Of a DNA stretch of 64,000 nucleotides, positions 46,988 through 57,838 are shown one piece after another; the stretch's first letter is position 1, and each line of letters begins with the position of its first letter. The DNA lies in NCBI GenBank assembly GCA_017883205.1, contig JADGNZ010000033.1, positions 3,595 to 67,594 of the forward strand, in the 5' to 3' direction. Below the pieces are notes generated by a model, which worked only from the letters and a program-made list of their open reading frames with translations, was not told where the DNA came from and did not search any database. Source of the DNA: Thermoanaerobaculia bacterium (GTDB lineage: Bacteria > Acidobacteriota > Thermoanaerobaculia > Gp7-AA8). The position numbers and the translations under genes are program-made.

Positions 46988-47188
46988 CGGACGCAAGCTA
47001 ATCGGCGTGTCGCGATCATTTTGAATCATCACGATTCGATCAGTCCGCACGCGCGGCGGCGAGACGCCGCCAGGGCCAGCCGCCGGGACGGCGGCGTTCC
47101 GATCGTCTTCATCTCGCTTGCTGCTCAGAAGATCCGCCCCCTGCTACAATCCACACGTCCGGCTTCCCGCGACGACACTGGAGAAGAC

Positions 47189-48532
47189 ATGCGACGAATC
47201 GGCGCGGCGGCTATTTTTCTCTTCACCACCCTTCCTCTTTTCGCACAAACCCCAGGCGACGGACAGGCCGCGAACGACTGGACGTTCAAGACGCGGATCG
47301 AGTTGCGCGCCAACTACCGCGACAGCAAAGAGCAGCGGTTCGCCCTCAAGTTCCCGTTCGCGCCGAGCCAACTGCCGGTTGGCCAGACGGCCGGCTTCGA
47401 GGAGACGGTGGATGCCGGTGCGCATGCGGAGCTCAGCGTCGCCCAGCTCAAGCTCGACCTCGGATACGGCGACTGGTTCCTCGCGCACACGCAACTGCAT
47501 GCGCTGGACAAGTACCGCCGCAATCCGACCAGCGCCGACCGGAAGATCGACGCCGACGAGCTCTGGATCCAGCTGGGTCCCCGGCCGGAGTTTCTGGCCC
47601 GTCCCGAGCGGACGTCGTTCTTCGTCCAGATGGGCAAGTTTGTGAAGATGGAGCGCCAGCCGATCCGCGTGTTGGAAAGCTACGGACTGGCAGCGACAGC
47701 ATTCAACCGGTTCGAGGATGTCGGCGTCATGACCGGCGGTTCGATCGGCCGCAATCTGTACTGGCGCCTCACCGGCACGACCGGCAATCCGCTCTACATC
47801 CGCGATCCGAACGCGCTGGCCGGCGACAACGGGATCAATGAACTGCTGCAGCCGAATCCTGATCCGCGGCTGAAGTCCGGATTCCCGATCCTGTACGACA
47901 CGCGCGTCGAGGACCTGGCGCTCGACACGAAGAACAAATCACTCGGGCAGGGACTGGGGTACCGCTGGCAAAACGACGCGCAGACATTCGGTTTCGATGC
48001 GGTCGCGTTTCACTACCGCCGCAAGTTGCGTGACGGTGAGAACGCGCCGCTGACCGGAACGTTCTACGGCGTCGATCTCGACTTGCTCGAGGGCCCGCTG
48101 GACCGCGGCCTGCCGATTCGCGGCGACAAGAAGGAAGAGACCGGCGCGCGCATCTACACGGAGTTGAAGGGCTTGACGTCCACGATCCAGTTCACCAGCC
48201 AGTCGGTGGCGGGCATGCACCGCAGCGGCGCCGAGGCGGAGTTTGGCTACAAGTTCGGATGGTTGGGTGGCCCGTCAGTCGGCGGCGAGTCGCTGCTGCA
48301 GAACGTCCAGCCCGCCGTGCGCTGGAGCGAGTTGCACTACGGCTTCAAGGGAAACGGCGCTCAGTATCCGGCGCCGAGCATCTGGTGGAACTGGACGAAG
48401 ATCGACGCCGGCATCCGCATCGGCTTCGCAAAGAACGTTGACCTGACCATCGAACGCGCGCGGAACAACATCGGCGCGCCGAAGAAGATCCATCCCGACG
48501 AGACGCTGGCGACGGTACGCATCCGAATTTGA
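47189..48532 (+). CDS. Hypothetical outer-membrane beta-barrel protein
   Basis: RBS ggag, signal peptide, alternating beta-strand pattern, aromatic-rich, ends LATVRIRI; TGc-TACAAT at 47142-47150. Confidence 0.65.
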   Translation: MRRIGAAAIFLFTTLPLFAQTPGDGQAANDWTFKTRIELRANYRDSKEQRFALKFPFAPSQLPVGQTAGFEETVDAGAHAELSVAQLKLDLGYGDWFLAHTQLHALDKYRRNPTSADRKIDADELWIQLGPRPEFLARPERTSFFVQMGKFVKMERQPIRVLESYGLAATAFNRFEDVGVMTGGSIGRNLYWRLTGTTGNPLYIRDPNALAGDNGINELLQPNPDPRLKSGFPILYDTRVEDLALDTKNKSLGQGLGYRWQNDAQTFGFDAVAFHYRRKLRDGENAPLTGTFYGVDLDLLEGPLDRGLPIRGDKKEETGARIYTELKGLTSTIQFTSQSVAGMHRSGAEAEFGYKFGWLGGPSVGGESLLQNVQPAVRWSELHYGFKGNGAQYPAPSIWWNWTKIDAGIRIGFAKNVDLTIERARNNIGAPKKIHPDETLATVRIRI

Positions 48533-48594
48533 TCGCTACACCTTTCTTGCTACACCTTCTTGCTACACCTCTTCCTTCTTTCTTGGAGTGCTCT

Positions 48595-48816
48595 CCAATC
48601 GAGCGCCTTCTCCCCCCGCGCTTTTTGCGGGGGGAGAAGGTGCCGAAGGCGGATGAGGGGGGGAGTCAAAGCGCAGGACGATCAAGCATGCCTCGTCCGA
48701 AACTGCCTGGAAATGTGGCACATGCACGGATGTCGTGCTCGTTGGAACGCCCCCTCATCCGGCCTTCGGCCACCTTCTCCCCCACAAAAAGCGTGGGGGA
48801 GAAGGCGCTCGATTGG
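48595..48816. mobile_element. About 220-bp REP-doublet / MITE-like element, copy 4
   Basis: Same arms; core is the inverted homolog of copy 3. Confidence 0.8.
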
Positions 48817-48975
48817 AAGGACGTGCGATAGGAGCGTGAGAAGACTGGGCTAACGGCAACGCGCTCTGAAACTTAAAGTCTGTCGACCTCGACGTTGAAG
48901 TCCGTGACTTCAAAGAAGGAGTAACGTGAGAGCGGCCCGGCGCTTGCTCTCCTCCATCCACCGAAGGGAAAACAA

Positions 48976-49203
48976 ATGAGAAACGAGATGATCGGCGCCG
49001 TCGTCAGGCGGGCCATCGAACACCCGGAGTTTCGCCGGCGGCTGGTCGAGGATCCGCGCGAGGCGCTGACCGCGCATGGGTTCGTGCTCGAAGAGTCGGA
49101 TATGGCCGAGCTCGAAAAGATCCGCGCGAAGCTCGGGAACGGTGATGCCGGGCAACAACTTGTTACGATCGCCGGACATTACGGCCTGAATCCGGGCATG
49201 TAG
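48976..49203 (+). CDS. NHLP/Os1348-like RiPP precursor-type small protein
   Basis: VVRRAIEHPEFRRRLVEDPREALTAHGFVLEESDMAEL resembles nitrile-hydratase-like leader peptides; RBS aaggg. Confidence 0.6.
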   Translation: MRNEMIGAVVRRAIEHPEFRRRLVEDPREALTAHGFVLEESDMAELEKIRAKLGNGDAGQQLVTIAGHYGLNPGM

Positions 49204-49379
49204 AGGCCGGTCAACTCAGCTTCCAGCATCGGTCGCGTATCCTTTTGCCGCCTGATCCGTCACACAATCGATCAGTGGGAACCACCAATCGATCGAGAAA
49301 TTTGTCTCCGGTGATGCCGGTTCGGAACGGGAGCAAATTTCGCGGTCTCAAGTCACTTTCAGGGGCAAAAACCGATCCG

Positions 49380-51335
49380 ATGAGCGTGCACTCTCTGAAG
49401 CGCAGTCTTCTCTTCTCTTTTCTGGCAGTCCTCGCCGCGAACGGAGCGTTCGCGGTTTCACCGTCCGCGCGTTACGAAACGCGCATGGTTTGGGACCCGG
49501 CCATCCACCGTGCCGTGTTGTTCGGCGGGCTGACCGCGATCGATTCCGGCACCAAGCTCGCCTATGAGCTGGGCGATACCTGGCAATGGACGGGTAACCG
49601 CTGGATCGCGACGTACCCCGCTCACAGCCCGACGGCGCGCGCCGGTCATTTGATGATCTTCGACTCCGCTCGCAACCGCGTCGTCATCTTCGGCGGCCGG
49701 CATGGGAAGACGAACCTCAACGATACGTGGTCCTATGACGGCAACGATTGGACGCAGCTCTTCCCTCCGACCTCACCGTCGGTTCGCGAGCTCTCGGCCC
49801 AGGCCTACGACTCCGCACGCGACCGCATCGTCATGTTCGGCGGGTATTTGCAGACGTACAGCGCAGATGGAATCACGCTGACGGAGACGCCGCTGCACGA
49901 CACCTGGGAGTTCGACGGCACGACGTGGAAGCAGATCCTCAGCGACGGTCCGAATGTCATCAGGCCAGCCCTCGAATACGACCCCATCCGCAAACAGACC
50001 ATCATGATCGCGGCCGAGCCCACCAAGAGCACCACGCAGATGTACGCGTGGGACCCCGTGGCCGCGAAATGGAATCAGTTGGCCCCGGCCCTTCTGCCGG
50101 CATGCGCCCTCGGCGGCGAGATGACCTGGCAGAGCTCTGACAACACCATTCTCTACACCGGCGCCGTTTGCACCGATTCTGCAGCCACCGAAGATACGTA
50201 CGAATGGGACGGCACGAACTGGACGAAGATCGCTCTAACCCTTTTCGCGGGCCGCTACTTCGGCTCCGCTCTCACCTTCGATCCCGATCATCAGCTGGCC
50301 GTCTTATTTGGCGGCGCGAACGCCTCCGGCATTCTTAACGGGAGCACCTTCACGTACGCCAACGCGATCTGGTTTCCTGTCTCTGATTCAACGTATCCCG
50401 CGGCCCGGTCGTTATTCGCCTTCACCGCCGATCCAGCCAGAAGCGTCATCGATCTCTACGGTGGTCTGAACGAGTCCACCTCCTTCTTCGATTACTGGAC
50501 CTATCAGAACGGTGTGTTCCGGCTGCAGTCCGGCACCACGGGTCAGCCGACGGACTGCAGCTCACCACTGACGGTATTCGATACCGATCATCAGAAGCTG
50601 GTGATGCTCTGCGATAGCAGTGCGACGTTGGACTTCGACGGTACGACGTGGACAACCTACGATGTTTCGAAGAGCGCGCCGCCGCAACACCGCTTCGGCG
50701 CCCTGGCGTATGACCAGACGCTGAAGAGGACCGTTTTCTTCGGCGGCTATGACGACACCAATTCCGTCTATCTCAACCAGACCTGGACGTTCGATGGAGC
50801 CAGCTGGACTCAGGTGAAAAAGAATCCGGCGCCGTTCCGAACCCTCACCTCGATGTGGTGGGATCCGACACTGAAGAAGACCGTTCTCTATGGTGGCCTC
50901 GGCCGTCTCACCGCCAACGACAGGCTGACCCGCTTCAGCGACATGTGGTCGTTCGACGGAACCGGGTGGCTCGAGATCAAACCGGCCTTGACACCCGGCA
51001 TGCGCTACGGCGCGTCAGTGGTCGTCGATCCGAAGACCGGCCATGCAATCCTCTTCGGCGGAATCCGCGTCGACACCGACGCCAACCTCATTCAGACGCA
51101 GGTCTACGCGGACGACATGTGGGAATGGGATGGCACCACGTGGACGAAAGTGACGTCCAGCATCCTGACGCCGCCCGGACGCGAGAACGCCGGCTTCGCC
51201 GTCGACCCGTATCTCAACCAGTTCATCCTCTTCGGCGGCTACAACGGCACCTATCTTTCCGACGTCTGGATCTTCGGCAACGGCCAGTGGAGGCAGAGCA
51301 CGGAAGTTCTGAACCGGCGCCGGGCGTCGCATTGA
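49380..51335 (+). CDS. Secreted Kelch-repeat protein
   Basis: Signal peptide; repeated LFGG...DTW-x-(W/F)DG-x-x-W blades (about 12); tail NRRRASH. Confidence 0.85.
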   Translation: MSVHSLKRSLLFSFLAVLAANGAFAVSPSARYETRMVWDPAIHRAVLFGGLTAIDSGTKLAYELGDTWQWTGNRWIATYPAHSPTARAGHLMIFDSARNRVVIFGGRHGKTNLNDTWSYDGNDWTQLFPPTSPSVRELSAQAYDSARDRIVMFGGYLQTYSADGITLTETPLHDTWEFDGTTWKQILSDGPNVIRPALEYDPIRKQTIMIAAEPTKSTTQMYAWDPVAAKWNQLAPALLPACALGGEMTWQSSDNTILYTGAVCTDSAATEDTYEWDGTNWTKIALTLFAGRYFGSALTFDPDHQLAVLFGGANASGILNGSTFTYANAIWFPVSDSTYPAARSLFAFTADPARSVIDLYGGLNESTSFFDYWTYQNGVFRLQSGTTGQPTDCSSPLTVFDTDHQKLVMLCDSSATLDFDGTTWTTYDVSKSAPPQHRFGALAYDQTLKRTVFFGGYDDTNSVYLNQTWTFDGASWTQVKKNPAPFRTLTSMWWDPTLKKTVLYGGLGRLTANDRLTRFSDMWSFDGTGWLEIKPALTPGMRYGASVVVDPKTGHAILFGGIRVDTDANLIQTQVYADDMWEWDGTTWTKVTSSILTPPGRENAGFAVDPYLNQFILFGGYNGTYLSDVWIFGNGQWRQSTEVLNRRRASH

Positions 51336-51575
51336 GGGTGTGGGGAGTGGGGGGTGGGGGTGGGGAATCAGAGATAGGAGATCAGACGGGGAGTAGGGGG
51401 TAGGGTGTGGGAGAATCAGAGATCGGCGTCTGACCTCTGACGAGTCTCATATCTCTGATCTCTGACGAGTCTCTGATCTCTTGTCTCTGATCCCTTGTCT
51501 CTGATCTCTGATTCTCCCACATCCCACTCCCCACTCCCCACTCCCCACTCCCCACCCCCCGCCCCCCACACCCCG
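51336..51575. repeat. Nested heptamer inverted repeats (GGGGAGT/ACTCCCC enclosing AGAGATC/TCTCTGA)
   Basis: gggtgtggggagtggggggtgggg...gaatcagagat ... atctctgattctcccacatcccactccccactccccactcccc. Confidence 0.75.
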
Positions 51576-51607
51576 CATGCTATTCTCGCGCGCCGATCGT
51601 GAGCTCT

Positions 51608-52864
<1,257 letters not shown>

Positions 52865-52867
52865 AAG

Positions 52868-53491
52868 TTGGCCGAGCTTCGCTGCTACGTGTTCATTGAC
52901 AGCCTGCAGCCGCAGTTCGCGTCGTTCCTCGGAACCGTCGCGCAGGGATTTCTTCCGGTGCCGGGACAGGCGGCGCTTTTCGTCGAGATCGCGCCGGGCA
53001 TGGACATCATGCGCGTCACCGACGTCGCGCTGAAGGCGACCGATGTCAAGCCTGGGATGATGATCATCGAGCGCGTCTACGGCATGCTCGAGCTCCACGC
53101 GGACTCACAGGCCGACGTTCGTCAGGCCGGACAGGCCATTCTCGACATGCTGAGTTTGAAGGAAGAGGATCGCATCAAGCCTGAGATCACTTCCAGCCAG
53201 GTGATCCGCAACATCTCCGACTATCACACGCAGCTCATCAACAGGACGCGCCACGGCGACATGATCATTCCGGGGCAGTCGCTGTATGTGATGGAAGTGG
53301 CGCCCGCCGGCTACGCGGCGATCGCGGCGAACGAGGCGGAAAAAGCAGCCAACATCAATGTCCTCGAGGTACGTGCCTTCGGAAGTTTCGGGCGCGTCTA
53401 CCTCGGCGGCGAAGAACGCGACATCGATGTCGGATACCGGGCGGCGGAGCAGGCGATCGAATCGATCGCCGGACGCGCCGGCCGGCCGTAA
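52868..53491 (+). CDS. BMC shell trimer (BMC-T, CcmP-like permuted type)
   Basis: ELRCYVFIDSLQPQFA, EIAPG, IERVYGMLELH, AANEAEKAA, FGSFGRVYLGG. Confidence 0.85.
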   Translation: MAELRCYVFIDSLQPQFASFLGTVAQGFLPVPGQAALFVEIAPGMDIMRVTDVALKATDVKPGMMIIERVYGMLELHADSQADVRQAGQAILDMLSLKEEDRIKPEITSSQVIRNISDYHTQLINRTRHGDMIIPGQSLYVMEVAPAGYAAIAANEAEKAANINVLEVRAFGSFGRVYLGGEERDIDVGYRAAEQAIESIAGRAGRP

Positions 53492-53636
53492 GAACCAGAG
53501 ATAAGAGACCAGGAAGCAAGGAACAGAACCAGAGAACAGAACCAGAAACCATAAAAAGAAAAACGCACAAGGGACCCCCTGGTCTCTAGTCTCTAGTCTC
53601 TAGTCTCTGATCTCTGATTTTAAGGAGGAGTAACGC

Positions 53637-53948
53637 ATGACAGACGCACTGGGCATGATCGAAACGAGGTCTTTTCCGGCGGTGGTCGAAGCCGCTGACG
53701 CAGCGGTGAAGGCAGCGCGCGTGGAGCTCGTCTCCTATGAGAAGACAGGTGGTGGCTACACGACGATCGTCATTCGCGGCGATGTCGCCGCGGTGAAAGC
53801 GGCGTGTGATGCCGCGCAGACGGCGGCAGGACGTGTCGGCGATGTCGTCACGGTTCACGTGATCGCGCGGCCGCACGATCAGGTCGACGTCATCATGCCG
53901 CTCGGCCGCACCGCGGCTCCGGCAGCACCCGCTCGCGCGAAGAAGTAG
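53637..53948 (+). CDS. BMC shell hexamer (BMC-H, EutM/PduA-like)
   Basis: ALGMIETR, VEAADAAVKAA, RGDVAAVKAA, HVIARPH; RBS aaggagg. Confidence 0.93.
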   Translation: MTDALGMIETRSFPAVVEAADAAVKAARVELVSYEKTGGGYTTIVIRGDVAAVKAACDAAQTAAGRVGDVVTVHVIARPHDQVDVIMPLGRTAAPAAPARAKK

Positions 53949-53963
53949 CAGGACCTCAGTCCA

Positions 53964-54251
53964 ATGCAACTCGCGAGAGTCGTCGGTACCGTCGTCGCCA
54001 CGCGGAAAGAGGACAGCATGCAGGGGCTCAAGCTCCTGGTCGTGCGCCCTCTGGACGAAGAAGGCCGCGAGAGCGGTAACGCCATCGTGTCTGCCGACGC
54101 CGTGGGAGCCGGTCCGGACGAGATCGTCCTGATTGCCGCGGGCAGTTCCGCCCGGCAAACCGCGGTCACGGACAAGCGCCCCGTCGATTCGGTGATCCTG
54201 GCCATCGTCGACAGTTGGTACGTCGGCGATGCCGTGAAGTACAAGAAGTGA
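53964..54251 (+). CDS. BMC vertex pentamer (BMC-P, EutN/CcmL family)
   Basis: MQLARVVGTVVATRK, DAVGAG, GSSAR, PVDSVILAIVD. Confidence 0.93.
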   Translation: MQLARVVGTVVATRKEDSMQGLKLLVVRPLDEEGRESGNAIVSADAVGAGPDEIVLIAAGSSARQTAVTDKRPVDSVILAIVDSWYVGDAVKYKK

Positions 54252-54258
54252 GTCACCG

Positions 54259-55692
54259 ATGAGCCGCCTGACCGATCAGGAAATCGAACAGATCGCGCGG
54301 CGCATCGCCGCTGACATGGGACGTGTTGCCGCGGAACAGCCGCCGGCCGTTCAAGCGCAGGCGACCGGGTTGGGCGTCTTCGCTACGGTCTCGGATGCCG
54401 TAAGCGCCGCGGCTGTCGCGCAGAAAGAATTCGTCGCACTCAAGCTCGAGCATCGCGGCCGCATCCTCGAGGCGATGCGGCAATCGATGCGCGAGAACGG
54501 CACGATGCTGGCGAAGGCCGCGTTCGACGAGACCGGCTTCGGGCGGTACGAAGACAAGATCGTCAAGAACCGCCTCGTCACCGAAAAGACGCCGGGACTG
54601 GAAGATCTCGCTCCGATCGCGACCACCGGCGACTACGGCCTCGCGCTCATCGAGCCCGCTCCGTTCGGCGTGATCGGCGCGATTACGCCGGTTACCAATC
54701 CAACCTCTACGATCATCTGCAACTCGATCGGGATGCTCGCTGCCGGCAACAGCGTCGTCTTCAACGTCCATCCCTACGCAAAGAGCTGCTGCATGCAGAC
54801 GATCGCCCTACTCAACAAGGCGATCACCGGTGCGGGCGGTCCTTCCAACGTGATCACCGGCATTGCCAACCCGACGATCGAATCGGCCCAGGATCTGATG
54901 AAGCATCCTGGTGTCCGCCTCGTCGTCGTGACCGGTGGGGGAGAGGTCGTCAAAGTCGCCATGGCCAGCGGCAAGCGCGCAATTTGCGCCGGCCCGGGGA
55001 ATCCGCCTGTCGTGGTGGACGAGACGGCGGACATCGACCAGGCCGCGCGCGACATCGTTCTCGGCGCCTCCACTGACAACAACATCATCTGCACCGACGA
55101 GAAGGAGACGATCGCCGTCTCGTCGATTGCCGACGCACTCATCGCCTCGATGGGACGGCAGGGTGCCATCGTCATTCCTCGCGAGCGGCTCCCCGAGTTG
55201 GAGAAAGTCGTCTTCACCGAGATGAAGGGCCCGCGGCAGAAAGCATGGATCGACAAGAACCTCGTCGGCAAGAACGCCAACGTCATCCTCGCCAAGATGG
55301 GGATGAACGTCCCCGACTCCGTTCGCCTCGTCGTCGTCGAGGTCGATGAGAATCATCCGCTCCTCTGGACCGAGCAGATGATGCCGGTCATGCCGGTCGT
55401 TCGCGTTCCGGATTCGAACCGCGCCATCGATCTTGCCGTGCAGGTCGAAGGCGGAAACCGTCACACCGCGGTGATGCACTCGAAGAATCTCGACAATCTG
55501 AGCCGGATGGCGAAAGCGTGCGACTGCTCAATCTTCGTTAAGAACGGCCGCTCGCAAGCCGGCCTCGGGCTCGACGGCGAAGGCTACTGCTCCTTCACCA
55601 TCGCCAGCCCCACCGGCGACGGTCTGACCAGTCCGCGGTCGTTCTCACGCTGGCGCCGCTGCACACTCGTCGGCGCCTTCAGGATCACATGA
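54259..55692 (+). CDS. Acylating aldehyde dehydrogenase (EutE/PduP family) with N-terminal encapsulation peptide
   Basis: PFGVIGAITPVTNP, VTGG, GPGNPPVVVDETADI, DNNIICTDEK, EQMMP, FTIASPTGDG; N-terminal LTDQEIEQIARRIAADM helix. Confidence 0.92.
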   Translation: MSRLTDQEIEQIARRIAADMGRVAAEQPPAVQAQATGLGVFATVSDAVSAAAVAQKEFVALKLEHRGRILEAMRQSMRENGTMLAKAAFDETGFGRYEDKIVKNRLVTEKTPGLEDLAPIATTGDYGLALIEPAPFGVIGAITPVTNPTSTIICNSIGMLAAGNSVVFNVHPYAKSCCMQTIALLNKAITGAGGPSNVITGIANPTIESAQDLMKHPGVRLVVVTGGGEVVKVAMASGKRAICAGPGNPPVVVDETADIDQAARDIVLGASTDNNIICTDEKETIAVSSIADALIASMGRQGAIVIPRERLPELEKVVFTEMKGPRQKAWIDKNLVGKNANVILAKMGMNVPDSVRLVVVEVDENHPLLWTEQMMPVMPVVRVPDSNRAIDLAVQVEGGNRHTAVMHSKNLDNLSRMAKACDCSIFVKNGRSQAGLGLDGEGYCSFTIASPTGDGLTSPRSFSRWRRCTLVGAFRIT

Positions 55693-56309
55693 TGGGGAGG
55701 ACCTCTGCTCTTGCCGTCCTCGATTTCGCGGACATTCCGGCAGGCGTCTGCGCGGTCGACGCCATCCTGAAAAAGGCGCCCATTGCGTTCGTGCGCGCCG
55801 GAACGGTGACGCATGGCCGCTACCTGGTCGTGTTTGGCGGTTCGACGGCGTCGACAGCCGAATCGCTGGCCGAGGCGTTGGGAACGAGCGGCGACGCAAT
55901 CATCGATTACACGTTTTTGCCGGACGCGCATCCGGCGCTCTTCGACGCGGCCTTCGGTGCGCGCCGGAAATCCAACGGCTCGCTCCTCATCATCGAGACC
56001 GAGACCGCGGCTTCGATCGTTCGCGCGGTGGAAGCGGCGCTCAAAGGAACGCCGGTCGAGCTGATCGAGATGCGCCTCGCTGACGAGGGGTTGGCAGGCA
56101 AAGGGATCGCGCTGATGGCGGGTACGCTGCACGACGTCGAATACGCAGCGATCCTGGCGGCAAACGGAGTGGGCGTCGATGCTCCGCCGCCCCGCGGCTT
56201 CTCGCATCGTCTGATCGCCGCGCCGCACGAGATTCTGGAGCGCGACATCGCCGCAGTCACACGATTCGACCGCGCCCCTCTTCTCGAGCTTGACGGGGAG
56301 GCCGGCTGA
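55689..56309 (+). CDS. BMC shell protein (tandem BMC domains, PduT-like)
   Basis: AVDAILKKA...GRYLVVFGG; IVRAVEAALK...EGLAGKG...IAAPH. Confidence 0.82.
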   Translation: MMGRTSALAVLDFADIPAGVCAVDAILKKAPIAFVRAGTVTHGRYLVVFGGSTASTAESLAEALGTSGDAIIDYTFLPDAHPALFDAAFGARRKSNGSLLIIETETAASIVRAVEAALKGTPVELIEMRLADEGLAGKGIALMAGTLHDVEYAAILAANGVGVDAPPPRGFSHRLIAAPHEILERDIAAVTRFDRAPLLELDGEAG

Positions 56310-56578
56310 TGCTCCTCGGGCGCGTCATCGGCCAGGTCGTGTTGTGCGTCGTGACGCCGGGACTGGAAGGCGTGCCGATGCTCCTCGTGCAGCCGCTGGA
56401 CAAGACGTTGAAGCCGAAAGGGAAGGCGATCGTCGCCGCCGATGCCACGCGCATGGCCGGTCCGGGCGAGCTGGTCTCGTACGAGGGCGGACGTGAGGCG
56501 GCAATGGCTCTCGATCCCGCATTCGTCCCGGTCGATCACGCCATTCTGGCCATCGTCGACGGAGTCAGCATCACATGA
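56309..56578 (+). CDS. BMC vertex pentamer (BMC-P)
   Basis: MLLGRVIGQVV, AGPGELV, REAA, PVDHAILAIVD. Confidence 0.88.
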   Translation: MLLGRVIGQVVLCVVTPGLEGVPMLLVQPLDKTLKPKGKAIVAADATRMAGPGELVSYEGGREAAMALDPAFVPVDHAILAIVDGVSIT

Positions 56579-56841
56579 TCCTCGGGCGCGTCATCGGCGA
56601 GATCCACGGCTCGATCAAGCACCCGTTCTACGAGGGGAAGAAGCTTCTGGTGATCGAGAAGACATCGCCCACCGGCGTGGCTACAGGCGACTATCTCATC
56701 GCCGCCGATTCGGTCGGCGCCGGCGCCGATGAGCGCGTCCTCGTCCTCGATGAAGGCAACGGCGCGCGCCAGGTGTTCGACTCGAAAGACGGCCCGGTCC
56801 GCGCCGTCGTCGTCGGAATCATCGACGACATCGTCACTTGA
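56575..56841 (+). CDS. BMC vertex pentamer (BMC-P)
   Basis: MILGRVIGEI, DSVGAG, EGNGAR, PVRAVVVGIID. Confidence 0.88.
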   Translation: MILGRVIGEIHGSIKHPFYEGKKLLVIEKTSPTGVATGDYLIAADSVGAGADERVLVLDEGNGARQVFDSKDGPVRAVVVGIIDDIVT

Positions 56842-57039
56842 GATCACAGAGGTTTTCTCTGTGTCCTCTGCGCCTCTGTGGTGCATGCCTTTTCGCGCGA
56901 CTTTCCAAAAACATGCAGACGAGCGAGCCGGTTGAGACGTAAGTTGAGTTCTGTCGCTGATCCGAAATTCTGCAGCGACCCAGTGGGCGCACTCTAGCGC
57001 GTCAGCCCGTTGCGACGGCCGAGCAACGGGCATTTTCTT

Positions 57040-57411
57040 TTATCCGGTTCTTTGCATCTGATGCGCGACGAGCATCAGATCGACCGTCGAGATGAGATCG
57101 TCCTGGATCTGGAAAGTCTTGATCGTGCGCACGTGGGGCAATGCGCGGCTGAGTGCATCGACAGACTGCGTGACGACGAGCACGGCCACGTTCTGATCGT
57201 GCCGCGCTTCGATCCTGCGGGCGAAGTTGATTGCGGCCAGCACCGGCAGTTCGACGATCAGGCCGTCGACGTGGCTGCTGCCGGCGATCTCCACCGCGAT
57301 GGTGTCGTCGTCGATCCTGCTCACCATGTAGCCGGCGGAGCGGAGCAGCGACGCGGTTTCCGATGAGCCGGGATCAGCTCGGAGGAGCAGATGCGGTACG
57401 AGTTGGGTCAC
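57040..57411 (-). CDS. Degenerate receiver-like protein
   Basis: LLRSAGYMV...VDGLIVELP (Glu at the phospho-Asp position); co-oriented with two receiver genes. Confidence 0.5.
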   Translation of the reverse strand: MTQLVPHLLLRADPGSSETASLLRSAGYMVSRIDDDTIAVEIAGSSHVDGLIVELPVLAAINFARRIEARHDQNVAVLVVTQSVDALSRALPHVRTIKTFQIQDDLISTVDLMLVAHQMQRTG

Positions 57412-57838
57412 TGAATACCATCCTTTCCCGCGCCATGCGCAGGTAGCGGTGCTGTTTGATCAACGTTTTGACGCGAGCCACGATCTGCATCATGTCGTCC
57501 GACTTCGGGATCACGCCATCGGCGCCGAGCTCTTCGGCCTTTGCCGCCAACTGCCCAAGCGGGAGGCCCGAAAAGAGAATGACCATCGCGTCAGTCTTCT
57601 TGAGCATGCGTTCCCGCCCCATTCGGAAAAATGATTCGCCGGACAGCGTGCCAAAACTGAGATCGAGCAGAATCAGGTCGGGATTGGCCTGCCGGAGGAT
57701 CAGCGGCAGCGTGATCATCGAGTCGTGTGTGGTCACATCCATCCCTTCGGCTTCGAGGAGCGCTTGCATCCCAGCACGAATTTCGGGCTGGTCGTCGACG
57801 ATGAGAACGCGGCCGCGCGGCGGATTGTGCGCGCTCAT
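57374..57838 (-). CDS. Single-domain response regulator
   Basis: VLIVDDQ, PDLILLDL, VILFSG, GADGVIPKS. Confidence 0.85.
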   Translation of the reverse strand: MSAHNPPRGRVLIVDDQPEIRAGMQALLEAEGMDVTTHDSMITLPLILRQANPDLILLDLSFGTLSGESFFRMGRERMLKKTDAMVILFSGLPLGQLAAKAEELGADGVIPKSDDMMQIVARVKTLIKQHRYLRMARERMVFSDPTRTASAPPS

